A DNA stretch of 64,000 nt from Acidimicrobiales bacterium (GCA_035937905.1 DASZHK010000107.1:536-64535), one strand, 5' to 3'; positions 38,868-49,038 are shown, counted from the first letter of the stretch. Translations and numbers: made by a program. Notes: generated by a model from the letters alone, not told the origin.

Positions 38868-39281
38868 ATGAGCGACAACGTGTTCGACAGACTTCCACAG
38901 CGCCCCAACGTGAACGATCAACTCGGCGTCGAAGTCGTCAGCGTCACGCCGGACAAAGTCGTCCTTCGCGTCGAGGTGGGACCGAAGGTTCACCAGCCCT
39001 ACGGCATCTTGCACGGCGGCGTGTCGGCGCTACTGGCCGAAGGCGCCGCGTCGATCGGTGGCGCCGTCAGCGTCGGACCCGATCAGATCGTGGTGGGTAC
39101 TGAACTCAACTGTTCGCACCTGCGCGCGATGAGTTCGGGCATGCTCACGGCGACCGCGACACCGTTTCGTAAGGGTCGCAGCGTGCACGTGTGGGGTATC
39201 GAGCTGCGCGACGACGACGATCGATTGATATGCGTCGCGCGCTGCACTTTGCAGGTATTACCGGCACCTTCGTCCAGCTAG
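38868..39281 (+). CDS. PaaI/MenI-like hotdog thioesterase
   Basis: 'HQPYGILHGGVSALLAE', 'GTELNCSHLR'; TAAACT 6 nt before ATG. Confidence 0.88.
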   Translation: MSDNVFDRLPQRPNVNDQLGVEVVSVTPDKVVLRVEVGPKVHQPYGILHGGVSALLAEGAASIGGAVSVGPDQIVVGTELNCSHLRAMSSGMLTATATPFRKGRSVHVWGIELRDDDDRLICVARCTLQVLPAPSSS

Positions 39282-39330
39282 ACCCACCCCCTAGACTGGG
39301 CGGATGACTGGCCAACGAAAGGGCTGAGAC

Positions 39331-40254
39331 ATGGGTGCTCGTTTTATTGGTTGGGGTACTGCCGTACCCGACCGAATCGTCACCAACGACGAACTTTCCT
39401 TGACGCTCGACACCAACGACGCGTGGATTCAAGAGCGAACGGGTATCAAAGAGCGTCGCATCGGCGGCACGGCGAAGAGTCTCGGCGTCCTCGCCGGCAA
39501 TCGTGCCCTTGAAGACGCTGGCGTCGAACCCGAGAACATCGACTTCTTGATCCTCGCCACCACCACGCCTGACCGCATCGCGCCGGCGACGGCGGTATTG
39601 ATCGCCCACGAGATGGGACTGAGCTGTCCGGCCATGGACTTGAACGCGGCCTGCAGTGGCTTCATGTACGCCGTTCGAACCGCGTACGGTCTGCTCGAGA
39701 CCGGTAACAAGCGCGTCCTCGTGATCGGTTCAGAGAACCTGTCGCGCTGGGTCGACTGGAGTGATCGCAACATGGCGGTCCTGCTCGCCGACGGCGCAGG
39801 CGCCACGGTGCTCGAGTACGACCCCACGGAAAACGACCTGCTGTCGTTCTCCCTTGGCGCCGAAGGTGCCGACGCCGACCTGCTCACCTGTGAACACGAA
39901 GGCTTCTTTCAAATGGACGGTGCCGAGGTCTTTCGCCGCGCCGTGCGCGTCGTGGTCGATTCGGCCGAAAAGGCGATGGCCATGGCGGGCATCACGTCGG
40001 ACGATCTCAGTCTCGTCATCCCCCACCAGGCCAATATCCGTATCATCCAGGCGGCTTGTCAACGCCTCAACGTCGAGATGGACCGGGCCGTCGTCGTTCT
40101 CGACCGTTACGGCAACACGTCGAGCGCCTCAATCCCTCTCGCGTTCTACGACGCGCGCGAGAACGACCGCGTCCACAAGGGCGACTACGCCCTTCTCACC
40201 GGCTTTGGCGCCGGCATGACCTGGGCTTCGGCCGTCGTTCGGTGGTCGAAATGA
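39331..40254 (+). CDS. fabH: 3-oxoacyl-ACP synthase III
   Basis: 'AACSGF' (Cys), 'PHQANIRI' (His), 'GNTSSASIP' (Asn), 'GFGAGMTW'. Confidence 0.95.
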   Translation: MGARFIGWGTAVPDRIVTNDELSLTLDTNDAWIQERTGIKERRIGGTAKSLGVLAGNRALEDAGVEPENIDFLILATTTPDRIAPATAVLIAHEMGLSCPAMDLNAACSGFMYAVRTAYGLLETGNKRVLVIGSENLSRWVDWSDRNMAVLLADGAGATVLEYDPTENDLLSFSLGAEGADADLLTCEHEGFFQMDGAEVFRRAVRVVVDSAEKAMAMAGITSDDLSLVIPHQANIRIIQAACQRLNVEMDRAVVVLDRYGNTSSASIPLAFYDARENDRVHKGDYALLTGFGAGMTWASAVVRWSK

Positions 40255-41093
40255 GCGGGCCGTCTCTCGTCATCTTGGCGGCCGGTCGCGCGCGTCGCTA
40301 CGGCGGCGTGAAGCAACTCGCGCCTGTCGGACTGCACGGCGAAGGTGTCATTGACCTCATCGCCTCGGACGCGTACGCCGCGGGCTTCGACGACATCGTG
40401 ATCGTGATCAACCCTGACACCGGCCCCGAGATTCAAGAGCACGTCGCGACGAACTGGCCCAAGGGTCGGCGGGTGTCGTTCACGTACCAAACGGAACTTC
40501 GCGGCACGGTGAGCGCCGTGCTCGCGGCCGAGGAAACGCTCGACCTCACGCAACCCTTTGGAGTCTCCAACGCTGACGACCTCTACGGGCGCGAATCATT
40601 TCTCCACTTGGGTGAACACCTCACCACGAGTACAAACAACTGCCTCGTGGGTTTCGAGCTTGAGCGGGCCCTCGTGGGCGAGCTACCCGTGTCTCGGGGA
40701 ACGTGCATCGTCGTGAACGGCCATCTGACCGAGATCGTGGAGCGTCGAAACGTGTCCGCGACGTTGGACGGCTACTTCGCTGATGACGGTCTCGAGCCAG
40801 CGATCTTGCATCCTCAAACAACGGTGTCGATGAACCTCTGGGGCTTTCAGCCGGGCATCCTTCCGCTCATGCACCAAGCTCTCGAACAGCACGACTTCGA
40901 GGACGAGAAGGAGATTCAACTCTCGACCTTCGTCGGACAGATTCTCCACCGCACGCCACTTCGCTTTGACGTGATGACTACGAAGTCGCGCTGCATCGGA
41001 GTGACCCACGCTGACGACCTGCCCATCGCGCAGATGCTCGTTCGCGAGGAGATCGAAGCCGGTGAGCGTCCCGAATTCGCCTTCGTCAATTAG
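40251..41093 (+). CDS. NTP transferase domain nucleotidyltransferase
   Basis: 'LAAGRARRYGGVKQL', 'NADDLYG', 'SMNLWGF'; ATGA overlap with fabH. Confidence 0.82.
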   Translation: MSGPSLVILAAGRARRYGGVKQLAPVGLHGEGVIDLIASDAYAAGFDDIVIVINPDTGPEIQEHVATNWPKGRRVSFTYQTELRGTVSAVLAAEETLDLTQPFGVSNADDLYGRESFLHLGEHLTTSTNNCLVGFELERALVGELPVSRGTCIVVNGHLTEIVERRNVSATLDGYFADDGLEPAILHPQTTVSMNLWGFQPGILPLMHQALEQHDFEDEKEIQLSTFVGQILHRTPLRFDVMTTKSRCIGVTHADDLPIAQMLVREEIEAGERPEFAFVN

Positions 41094-41332
41094 CGAGATC
41101 GATAACTTCAGAATCCGCTGTCGCCACGACGTTCAGTTCTCGAATCGTTAAGGTCCGTTCGCCGCGAATTTGGCGGAAATCCCGAAGACTGATCGCCCGC
41201 AGACCCGGAGGATTCATCTGGAGCCGCGAAGAACGCCGTCAGGTGACCTGAGACGGCACTTCAAGGTTGAAGCCATACGCGTTCGTTTGACGCTGGTTCG
41301 CTGAAGCCAATCAAAGAGATTCGAATTTGAAG

Positions 41333-42352
41333 TCAAGAAGTTAAAGGTGCCTTCCGTGCAGCAACCGCAAGGTAGAGGGGGTTTCCTGTCCGTTCCCATG
41401 ATCGATGCGCCGTGTAAACGAGCTTCGAGACGTGTTCGTCATCGCTGAACGCGGCAGCCGCCCTTACATCTTTGGGGTCACTTTCATTTGAATCTACGAA
41501 TTGGTCGAGTCTGTCCGGCGACCATAGTGGTGGAGCACCAATTGACAGGTATGCGGCGACAAGAGCCTGAAAGGCAAAACGGCTCACGAGTACGTCGTCT
41601 TCGATCCAGGGACGTATCGAAAAGATTGCGGCCAGGCCGGTCACTCCGTGAAGCGCCGTGAAATCGTTGCTCGAGGCATAAACCTGAAGTGCCGCTTCAG
41701 CCAATCTCGTTTCGGTGTCATCAACAATTTCGAGTGACGAGACGACTCCACTGAAGAGTTCGTTTTTTGCGATGATGCGTATCTCTTCGTCAATAGTTTT
41801 CTTTGGCGGAGGCTCGGGCCAGTCCGATGACTTCGACAAGTCGGCCAACACTTCTAACGGATCTTGTGTCGTGACTTGTCCGGGCACCAGCGGACCAAGT
41901 GGGCTCCCCACTTCGGCGAGGTAGGCCAAGCCAGCCGCAATTCGTGAAGGCGACGAAACCTCAATAGCGTAGGAGAGCCGGATAACGCCATGGAACGCCG
42001 CACCTCCAACACCTGGAAGGAGCGCGGGCAGATGTGTTCGCAACGCTTCATCTGGACCCACCTCGTCCATCAATCGTACGAAGTAGCTTCTGAGATCGGC
42101 GGCTGCACCACTCTGGCCAATCGCCGACCGCCACGACTTTTCGTCGAGTCGGTTTTCTGATTCATGAATGGGAGCTAGGCGCGTAGAGTACGCAGCTGCG
42201 AATCGAATGAGTTCTTCGGGATCCGCGCCGAGACGCTCCTTCGCCACCAACGCCATTGGAAGGTGATTCGTCAGTCCACTAACTGTTGTTGGTTCGCCTC
42301 CGAGCTCTTCATCAAGCAGCTCTTGCAAAATTGAGCTTGGGCTTTGACCCAC
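41333..42352 (-). CDS. questin oxidase-like (DUF4243) protein
   Basis: 'LTNHLPMAL', 'AFHGVIRL.YA', 'DFTALHGVTG', 'DEHVSKL'. Confidence 0.8.
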   Translation of the reverse strand: MGQSPSSILQELLDEELGGEPTTVSGLTNHLPMALVAKERLGADPEELIRFAAAYSTRLAPIHESENRLDEKSWRSAIGQSGAAADLRSYFVRLMDEVGPDEALRTHLPALLPGVGGAAFHGVIRLSYAIEVSSPSRIAAGLAYLAEVGSPLGPLVPGQVTTQDPLEVLADLSKSSDWPEPPPKKTIDEEIRIIAKNELFSGVVSSLEIVDDTETRLAEAALQVYASSNDFTALHGVTGLAAIFSIRPWIEDDVLVSRFAFQALVAAYLSIGAPPLWSPDRLDQFVDSNESDPKDVRAAAAFSDDEHVSKLVYTAHRSWERTGNPLYLAVAARKAPLTS

Positions 42353-42527
42353 GATGATGACGCTACCGCCGCGGACCTAGGGCATGTCGCTACGACGAAA
42401 CCGGCAATCGCTCCGTACCTTCACAACTCACAACGGTTGCGAAATACTCAGCTTCAGCGGTCGGTTCGCGCGTTCGCGATTGTCGGCAACTTTCTATGAA
42501 AGAGATGTAGACATTCGTTCGTAGCAC

Positions 42528-45500
42528 TCAGCGCCAGTCACGCGATGGTGCCACCGATCCCAGCATGAGCGGCTCAACGTACTCGGCCGACAGCGTGACG
42601 ACACCCTGACCGCGTTCGAGCGAACCTCGAATCACCAACGCCGGCTTGTGACTCGCCACGCTGCCCCACCGGGCCCACGCGCCCTTGGAGAAGATCACGT
42701 TCACGTGACCGGTCTCGTCTTCGAGGTTGACGAAGACCGCGCCGTTCGCCGTCTCGGGTTGTTGACGGTGCGTCACGACGCCGGCCACGATGACGCGATT
42801 ACTCTCCACCGCGAAGAGGGCACTCGCGCGCGTGACCCCACGTTCGTTGAGCGCCGGGCGCACGAGTTCCATGGCCGTCGCTTCGGTCGTGAGGCCCATC
42901 GACCAGAGATCATCGGCGACACGCTCCATCTCACTCACCGTCGGCAGCGGCGGGGCCACGAGTCCCGTCACCACACCGGGCAGTCGGTCGGGTAACGACT
43001 GCGCCGCGGCGCCCGCCGACCAGGTCAGCGCGCGTCGGCTCGCGCCGAAGCTGTCGAGAGCGCCCGCGGCGGCGAGCGCTTCGAGGTGGTGCTGTTGGAG
43101 ACCGGCGCGACGAACGAGGTCGGTGCTGCTCTGCCACGGGGCGCCCGCGACCACCCGTTCCGCGAGTTCGGTCCCGATCGATCGAACGTCACCGAGACCG
43201 AGACGCACGAGGGGGTTCTCCCGGTCCCCTTCTAACGTGGCGCCCACGCCCGAAGCGTTCACGTCGGGGCGCACCACGAGAACGCCGTGGCGTTGGGCGT
43301 CGGCGACGAGACTCTGCGTCGACCAAAATCCCATGGGCTGAGCGTTCAGCAACGAGATGAGAAACGCGGCCGGGTAGTGAACCTTGATCCACGCCGAGCA
43401 GTAGACGAGGTGGGCGAAAGAGACCGAGTGCGACTCGGGGAAACCGAAGTTCGCGAAGGCCGCCAAGGCGTCGAAGAGTTGATCGGCCGCGGCCCCGCTG
43501 ATGCCGTTCTCCTGCATACCGGCGTAGAAGCGACTCTTCAGTTTCAACATGCGAAGCTCGGAGCGCTTGGCGGCCATGGCTTGGCGAAGTTCGTCGGCCT
43601 CGGCCGGTGAGAAGCCCGCCACGGCGACGGCCATCTCCATCAGTTGCTCTTGAAAGAGCGGCACGCCGAGCGTGCGGTGAAGGATCGGCTCGAGTCGAGG
43701 GTGCAGGTACGTCACGGGCTCGTCACCGCGGCGACGGCGGATGTAGGGGTTCACCGCGTGTCCTTGGATGGGACCGGGACGAATGAGGGCCACCTCGATG
43801 ACGAGGTCGTAGAAGCAACGCGGCTGCACACGCGGCAGCGTCGCCATCTGCGCGCGCGACTCCACCTGGAAGACGCCCACGGTGTCCGCCTCGCAGAGTA
43901 GGTCGTAGACCGCGTCGTCTTGGGGCAGCGTCGCGAGATCGAGCGCGACCCCGTGAAAGGCCTCGACGGCGTCGACCGCACGGTGCAACGCTTCGAGCAT
44001 CCCGAGTCCGAGGAGATCGAACTTCACGAGACCGATCGCCGCGCAGTCGTCCTTATCCCACTGCAGCACGCTGCGTCCGGGCATGCGCCCCCACTCGACG
44101 GGACAGACCTCGAGGACCGGTCGGTCGCAGAGCACCATGCCCGCGGAGTGGATGCCGAGGTGACGCGGCCGATCCAGGAGTTCACCGGCCATCGTGAGGA
44201 GAAGCTCGGGCACCTCGGCGTCGGTGGCGCTCATGGTCGCTCGGTTCACGTGGTCACGGAAGAAGTTGGCCTCCTCCTCGCTGTGGCCGAGCGCCCTCGC
44301 CACGTCGCGCAACGCCGAACGCGACCGGTAGGTGATCACGGCCGCCACTTGGGCGGCGTGGTGCCGTCCGTAGCGCGTAAAGACGTACTGGATCACCTCT
44401 TCGCGCCGACCCGACTCGATGTCGACGTCGATGTCGGGTGGGCCGTCGCGCGCCGGCGAGAGGAAGCGCTCGAAGAACAAGTTGAGCGCGACGGCGTCGG
44501 CGTTGGTGATGCCGAGCGAGTAACACACCGCCGAGTTCGCGGCCGAGCCTCGCCCCTGACAGTAGATGTTGTTGGTCCGACAGAACTCGGTGATGTCCCA
44601 GACGGTGAGAAAGTAGCCGGCGAACCCGAGGGTCTTGATGACGCCGAGTTCGTGATCGATCTGACGCCACGCGCCCTCGACGCGTTCGGCGTCACGCGAC
44701 CCGTAGCGACGCGTGGCACCGACCGCGACGATCTCTTCGAGGTAGCTCTGCTCGTCGTGCCCTTCGGGGGTTACGAACGCGGGCAGGTTCGGCGCCACGA
44801 GACGGAGGTCGAAGGCCAGCTCACTCACGAGTTCTCCGGCGCGGTCGACGACCCCGGGCCAACGCGCGAAACGACGACGTTGCTCGGCGTCACTTCGAAG
44901 GTGCGCGGACGGTGACGCACTGAGCCAACCCTCCATCTCTTCGAGGCTCTTGCGGGCACGAATCGCCGAGAGCACGTTGGCCCGCGGGAAGTCGCGTGGC
45001 GTGGCGTAGTGCACGTTGTTCGTCGCGACGAGCGCGACGTCGGCGTGCACCGCGAGTTCGGCCAGGACGTCGTTGCGCGCGACGTCGTCGGGCGCGCCGT
45101 GGTCCCAGATCTCGACAGCCACGTTCTCACGACCGAATCGTTCGATGAGTCGCGCCAGAGCGCGCTGCGCGGCGCGCGGACCTTCGTCCAGTAACGCGCG
45201 CGTCAGTGGTCCCTTGCGACACCCCGTCAACACCAGCCACTCGTGCGCCGCGTCCGCGACGTCGTCAAGCGTGAAACGCGGCGCCCCCTTCTCACCGCGT
45301 TCGAGGTGCGCGAGCGCGAGCATCCGCGACAGACGCGCGTAGCCCGCGGGTGAGCGGGCCAACAACACGAGGTGCTCTCCCGAGGGGTCCGACACGCCCA
45401 CGCGATCGTCGCGGCCGTCGAGCGTGACCTCACTGCCAAAGACGCTCGCGAGTCCGAGCGCGCGCGCCGCTTCGGCGAAGCGCACCACGCCGTAGAGGCC

Positions 45501-45629
45501 GTCGTGATCGCATAGGGCGAGGCCCGACAGACCGAGACGGCTCGCTTCGACGACCAGCTCTTCGGGGTCGCTCGCGCCGTCTAAGAAGCTAAAGCCCGAG
45601 TGTGCGTGCAGTTCTCCGTAGGTCGCCAT
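42528..45629 (-). CDS. dnaE2: error-prone DNA polymerase DnaE2
   Basis: PHP 'ELHAHSGFSFLDGAS', 'PPDIDVD', 'QVESRAQM', 'GFPESHS', OB 'NLEDETG'. Confidence 0.96.
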   Translation of the reverse strand: MATYGELHAHSGFSFLDGASDPEELVVEASRLGLSGLALCDHDGLYGVVRFAEAARALGLASVFGSEVTLDGRDDRVGVSDPSGEHLVLLARSPAGYARLSRMLALAHLERGEKGAPRFTLDDVADAAHEWLVLTGCRKGPLTRALLDEGPRAAQRALARLIERFGRENVAVEIWDHGAPDDVARNDVLAELAVHADVALVATNNVHYATPRDFPRANVLSAIRARKSLEEMEGWLSASPSAHLRSDAEQRRRFARWPGVVDRAGELVSELAFDLRLVAPNLPAFVTPEGHDEQSYLEEIVAVGATRRYGSRDAERVEGAWRQIDHELGVIKTLGFAGYFLTVWDITEFCRTNNIYCQGRGSAANSAVCYSLGITNADAVALNLFFERFLSPARDGPPDIDVDIESGRREEVIQYVFTRYGRHHAAQVAAVITYRSRSALRDVARALGHSEEEANFFRDHVNRATMSATDAEVPELLLTMAGELLDRPRHLGIHSAGMVLCDRPVLEVCPVEWGRMPGRSVLQWDKDDCAAIGLVKFDLLGLGMLEALHRAVDAVEAFHGVALDLATLPQDDAVYDLLCEADTVGVFQVESRAQMATLPRVQPRCFYDLVIEVALIRPGPIQGHAVNPYIRRRRGDEPVTYLHPRLEPILHRTLGVPLFQEQLMEMAVAVAGFSPAEADELRQAMAAKRSELRMLKLKSRFYAGMQENGISGAAADQLFDALAAFANFGFPESHSVSFAHLVYCSAWIKVHYPAAFLISLLNAQPMGFWSTQSLVADAQRHGVLVVRPDVNASGVGATLEGDRENPLVRLGLGDVRSIGTELAERVVAGAPWQSSTDLVRRAGLQQHHLEALAAAGALDSFGASRRALTWSAGAAAQSLPDRLPGVVTGLVAPPLPTVSEMERVADDLWSMGLTTEATAMELVRPALNERGVTRASALFAVESNRVIVAGVVTHRQQPETANGAVFVNLEDETGHVNVIFSKGAWARWGSVASHKPALVIRGSLERGQGVVTLSAEYVEPLMLGSVAPSRDWR

Positions 45630-46708
45630 CAGTCATAGATTCCAACGAGCCACCACCGACTCGACTCCGCCACTACCAACAGCGCCTCGCCACTCGCGAG
45701 CACCATCTGCAGATGCGCGCGGCGGCGATGACGTGACCACCAACGCTCCACCAGTGGCCAGGGTCCCGCGTGCCAGATGATCTCGCGACGAAGGGGCGAG
45801 GAGAAGATCGCGGCCGTGGGCTCCGCGCTCAGGGTGCCGCGCGTACTCAACACCACGGGACGATTCGCCGCGTCGCGCAGTTGGAGCGGCACCGGATGGG
45901 CCAACGTGGTCGCCGGCGAGGGTGCCGCGAGCTGTCCGGGCCACGGCGCGAGGTCCCGGACGTTCGTCGTCGGCGAGCCCCAGGGCACGAGCGTGGCTCG
46001 GTCCTCGGGTCCACGTCCCCCGCGCAACGCGGCCACCACGATGCCTTCCGCTCCGAGACGTCGACGCACCCGATGCGCGGCGGCGTCGGCTCGATCGTCC
46101 CCTGCCCCGCGCTGACCGAAGAAACCTTGTTGCTCTTCGAAGAGATCCTCCTCACCGCGCAACTGCGCGAGACGCCGCGCGAGACGCAGGTCGCGCTGAC
46201 CTTCCATCTCGGAGAGTTCGCCACGCGCCACCCGATGCAACGCGAGCGCGTGCTTGTTGAAACGCTCCGCCACGCGCGCGTGATCGAGATCGGCGAAGGC
46301 ACCCAGCGTGTGCAGTCCCAACCGCTGACACGTGGTCGCGAGGTCCTTACGTCCCAGCACGTCGAGGGGTTGCGCGCGACGAAACACGTCACTCGAGCCG
46401 CGCGGCACGATGAGTTCGCGATGCGCCGCGAGCTCCGCGCAGAACAGCCCTTCGGCGACGCCGAGCTTGGGCTCGGTGTCCACGACGTCGAGCACGCTCT
46501 GGCGCACCGCACGAAGAACGGCGTCGTCGCCACCGAAGAATCGACTCGGTCCGCGCAACGGCAACACGTAGAGACCGAGGCGCACTACCTCGGTGAAAGG
46601 ACAGAGCACGCTCAACGCGTCGAGCAACACGATCGTGTCGCGCAACGTCGAACCGTCGGGCTGTTCGAGCGAGAGCGACTCCACCCAGATGGCGAGGAGT
46701 TGCTCCAT
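45629..46708 (-). CDS. imuB: ImuB, Y-family polymerase-like adaptor (compact)
   Basis: Between imuA and dnaE2 with TGATG overlaps; 'GPSRFFGGD', 'LGLHTLGAFA', C-terminal 'WHAGPWPLVERWW'. Confidence 0.85.
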   Translation of the reverse strand: MEQLLAIWVESLSLEQPDGSTLRDTIVLLDALSVLCPFTEVVRLGLYVLPLRGPSRFFGGDDAVLRAVRQSVLDVVDTEPKLGVAEGLFCAELAAHRELIVPRGSSDVFRRAQPLDVLGRKDLATTCQRLGLHTLGAFADLDHARVAERFNKHALALHRVARGELSEMEGQRDLRLARRLAQLRGEEDLFEEQQGFFGQRGAGDDRADAAAHRVRRRLGAEGIVVAALRGGRGPEDRATLVPWGSPTTNVRDLAPWPGQLAAPSPATTLAHPVPLQLRDAANRPVVLSTRGTLSAEPTAAIFSSPLRREIIWHAGPWPLVERWWSRHRRRAHLQMVLASGEALLVVAESSRWWLVGIYD

Positions 46709-47367
46709 CAGCTCGCCTCGGCGCGGCCGCGCCGATTCGGCACCACCACCACGTGCTCGCCACCGCGGATCGCTTCGCCGCGGCCGCTCACGCGCACGGT
46801 GAGGTACCGCGCGTCGAGTCGTGAGGAGGCGACCCACTCGGCTTGGGTCACGCGAAAGGAGAGATCGGCCGGCAGCGGCCAGGGAGCGCGTGGCTCACTG
46901 AGCGCGATCAACACGGTGCCGCGCTCACGAACCCGGTCCATCAAGCGACGCGCGGTGCCGTGACCGGCGCGTGAGGGTGGTCGCACGAGCACGAGGTCGA
47001 CGCCGTCGAGAAGGTCGGCCGCGGACTCGGCCCACGCCCCTCTCGGTCGCGGGACGAAGAGCACCCGCCGTAGGTCGACGCCGAGTTCGACCATCGCCAC
47101 GACACCGGGGTCGTCCACGCCCACGACCGCCGCCCAGTGACCTTGCGTGCTCGCCTCACTCAAGAGACTGAGGGCAAGACTTAGACCCCCTAGGCCGACC
47201 GGTGCTTCGACCACCACCGTCGAACCACGACGCAACGCGGCGTCGGGCACGAGCGCGCGCCACGGATCACCGAGGGGCACGGTGCGGCTCTTCGCGAGTG
47301 AAACGGGCCGCACGGCGGCGAGGAGCTCTGGGGAGAGGGGAGGTCGAGGTGGTGAAAAAGCGAACAT
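46708..47367 (-). CDS. imuA: ImuA/RecA-like mutasome accessory protein
   Basis: 'LRRGSTV', 'GHWAAVVG', 'GVDLRRV', 'LLDGVDLV'; start ATG 47367 inside SOS box. Confidence 0.82.
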   Translation of the reverse strand: MFAFSPPRPPLSPELLAAVRPVSLAKSRTVPLGDPWRALVPDAALRRGSTVVVEAPVGLGGLSLALSLLSEASTQGHWAAVVGVDDPGVVAMVELGVDLRRVLFVPRPRGAWAESAADLLDGVDLVLVRPPSRAGHGTARRLMDRVRERGTVLIALSEPRAPWPLPADLSFRVTQAEWVASSRLDARYLTVRVSGRGEAIRGGEHVVVVPNRRGRAEAS

Positions 47368-47374
47368 ATGTTCG
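47361..47374. promoter_or_regulatory. LexA (SOS) box, actinobacterial type
   Basis: CGAACATATGTTCG perfect palindrome matching CGAAC-N4-GTTCG. Confidence 0.9.
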
Positions 47375-47434
47375 TAAGAGTAGTCACTCCTCGTTACACG
47401 CGCCAACGCCAGTAAAACACGACAAACTGGAGAG

Positions 47435-48139
47435 ATGTGTGGTCGTATCGCCCTCTTCACCCCGCCTGCTCGCCTGGCTCGGTTCCTTGACGCGGCCCTC
47501 GCCGCGGGCCTCGATCCCGAAGGGCACCCCAGCTGGAACGTGGGACCCCAACGTCGTCTCTTTGGCGTGAGTGAACACGACGGCGCGCGCGTGCTCGATC
47601 GCTACCGCTGGGGACTCGTGCCGAGTTGGGCGAAGGATCCCAAGATCGGCAACAAACTCTTCAACGCGCGCGGTGAGACCGTCGCCGAGAAACCCTCGTT
47701 TCGAAGCGCCTTCGCGAAACGTCCCTGCGTGATTCCCGTCGACGGGTTTTACGAGTGGGACCATCGCCCCGGACGCAATCGCCAACCGAACTTCTTCACG
47801 CGCACCGATGACGATCCCCTCCTCCTCGCCGGTCTCTACGAACGTTGGCACAATCCCGACGACGAAGGCGCGGAGCCCGTGGCGACGTGCACCATCATCA
47901 CCACGACGCCGAACGTCGACATGGACGAGATCCACGACCGTATGCCAGTCGTACTCAGTACCGACGACGTCGAGACGTGGTTGAACGTCGCCGACTACGG
48001 ACCCGACGAGCGCTTGCAACTACTTCGTCCCGCTCCCAAGGGAACGCTCACCCACTACGGCGTGGGAACGGCGGTGGGATCGGTGAAGAACGACGGACCC
48101 GAGCTCACGGAACCCGTGGAGCCACAATCGTTGTTCTAA
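47435..48139 (+). CDS. yedK: SRAP / YedK-HMCES abasic-site-protecting protein
   Basis: N-terminal 'MCGR', 'GFYEW', 'IHDRMP'. Confidence 0.93.
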   Translation: MCGRIALFTPPARLARFLDAALAAGLDPEGHPSWNVGPQRRLFGVSEHDGARVLDRYRWGLVPSWAKDPKIGNKLFNARGETVAEKPSFRSAFAKRPCVIPVDGFYEWDHRPGRNRQPNFFTRTDDDPLLLAGLYERWHNPDDEGAEPVATCTIITTTPNVDMDEIHDRMPVVLSTDDVETWLNVADYGPDERLQLLRPAPKGTLTHYGVGTAVGSVKNDGPELTEPVEPQSLF

Positions 48140-48175
48140 CCCGTGTCACGCGAGCGGTGCTGCCATCCATTTGAA

Positions 48176-48496
48176 TTACTTCTTGCCCGCCATGAACTTC
48201 AGCGCTTCGGCGACGTGACTCGTGCAAGACACGAGGTCCGTGGGACGAAGGATGACCCACTCCCTCATCGGTCGACCCTTTCCGGCGTCGAACGGCCAGC
48301 CCGTACCATCGGCGATCAGTTGCGCGACGCGCTCTTGGGGAAGTTTGGCGATGAGTTCGTCTCTGCGAGTGAACGCGAAGTACTTCTCGCCGGTCTTCAG
48401 CCCCTCTGAGTGAAAAATCTTTCCCACGCGGACTCTCTCGTCGGTGGCGATGAGATGCTCTGCCACCGTGTCGAAGAGTTCCTTTACCGATGCCAC
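48176..48496 (-). CDS. TfoX/YjbR-like small protein
   Basis: 'GKIFHSEGLK...FAF...LIAKLP..RV..LI..G.G.PFD.GKGRPMREW'. Confidence 0.7.
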   Translation of the reverse strand: MASVKELFDTVAEHLIATDERVRVGKIFHSEGLKTGEKYFAFTRRDELIAKLPQERVAQLIADGTGWPFDAGKGRPMREWVILRPTDLVSCTSHVAEALKFMAGKK

Positions 48497-48506
48497 GTCG
48501 TTGACT

Positions 48507-48926
48507 TTACGTCGGGGATACGAGCGAGCGAAACGCGGCGGAGTCGAAGATCACGCGACCAGAGACGATTTCGTCGTTTCGAATGACGTGCCATTCGCTC
48601 ATGACGATCGATCCGGTGCCATTCGGTGTCTCGAAGTCAACGTCGTAGATGGACGACACGTTGTCGGCGTCAGTCCACTGACGAAGGAGGCGGTGGCCGC
48701 GCACGATTGGCCGAAGTCCCTGCGCTCCCTCGAAGAACAGCGCCTTGCTCTCGACTTGGAGAAACGGTCCAGCGAAGACGAAGTCGTCCGACACGACGGT
48801 TTTCGCCTCCTCGAAATCACCCGAATAGAACGAGGTCAGATACGCGTTAACGACGTCGAGTGCTCTACTCGCATTCGACTCTCTCGAGGCGTAGTCCACT
48901 TCGGTGGTGTCGGGGTTGGCAACCAT
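48507..48926 (-). CDS. SnoaL-like / NTF2 family protein
   Basis: 'VVNAYLTSFYSGDFE...VSDDFVFAGP'; divergent from HxlR regulator. Confidence 0.8.
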   Translation of the reverse strand: MVANPDTTEVDYASRESNASRALDVVNAYLTSFYSGDFEEAKTVVSDDFVFAGPFLQVESKALFFEGAQGLRPIVRGHRLLRQWTDADNVSSIYDVDFETPNGTGSIVMSEWHVIRNDEIVSGRVIFDSAAFRSLVSPT

Positions 48927-48969
48927 TGCTGTTCTCCTCTATCTGCTCCACGGAGTAGTTCAGTGGAGT

Positions 48970-48986
48970 ACTTGCATGATGCAAGT
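48970..48986. promoter_or_regulatory. probable HxlR operator
   Basis: ACTTGCA-TGA-TGCAAGT perfect 7-3-7 inverted repeat between divergent SnoaL and HxlR genes. Confidence 0.65.
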
Positions 48987-49038
48987 GATTTATCGTAGCC
49001 TGCAGCCATGACGCGTGTCCAACTACCGGGTCTCTGAG

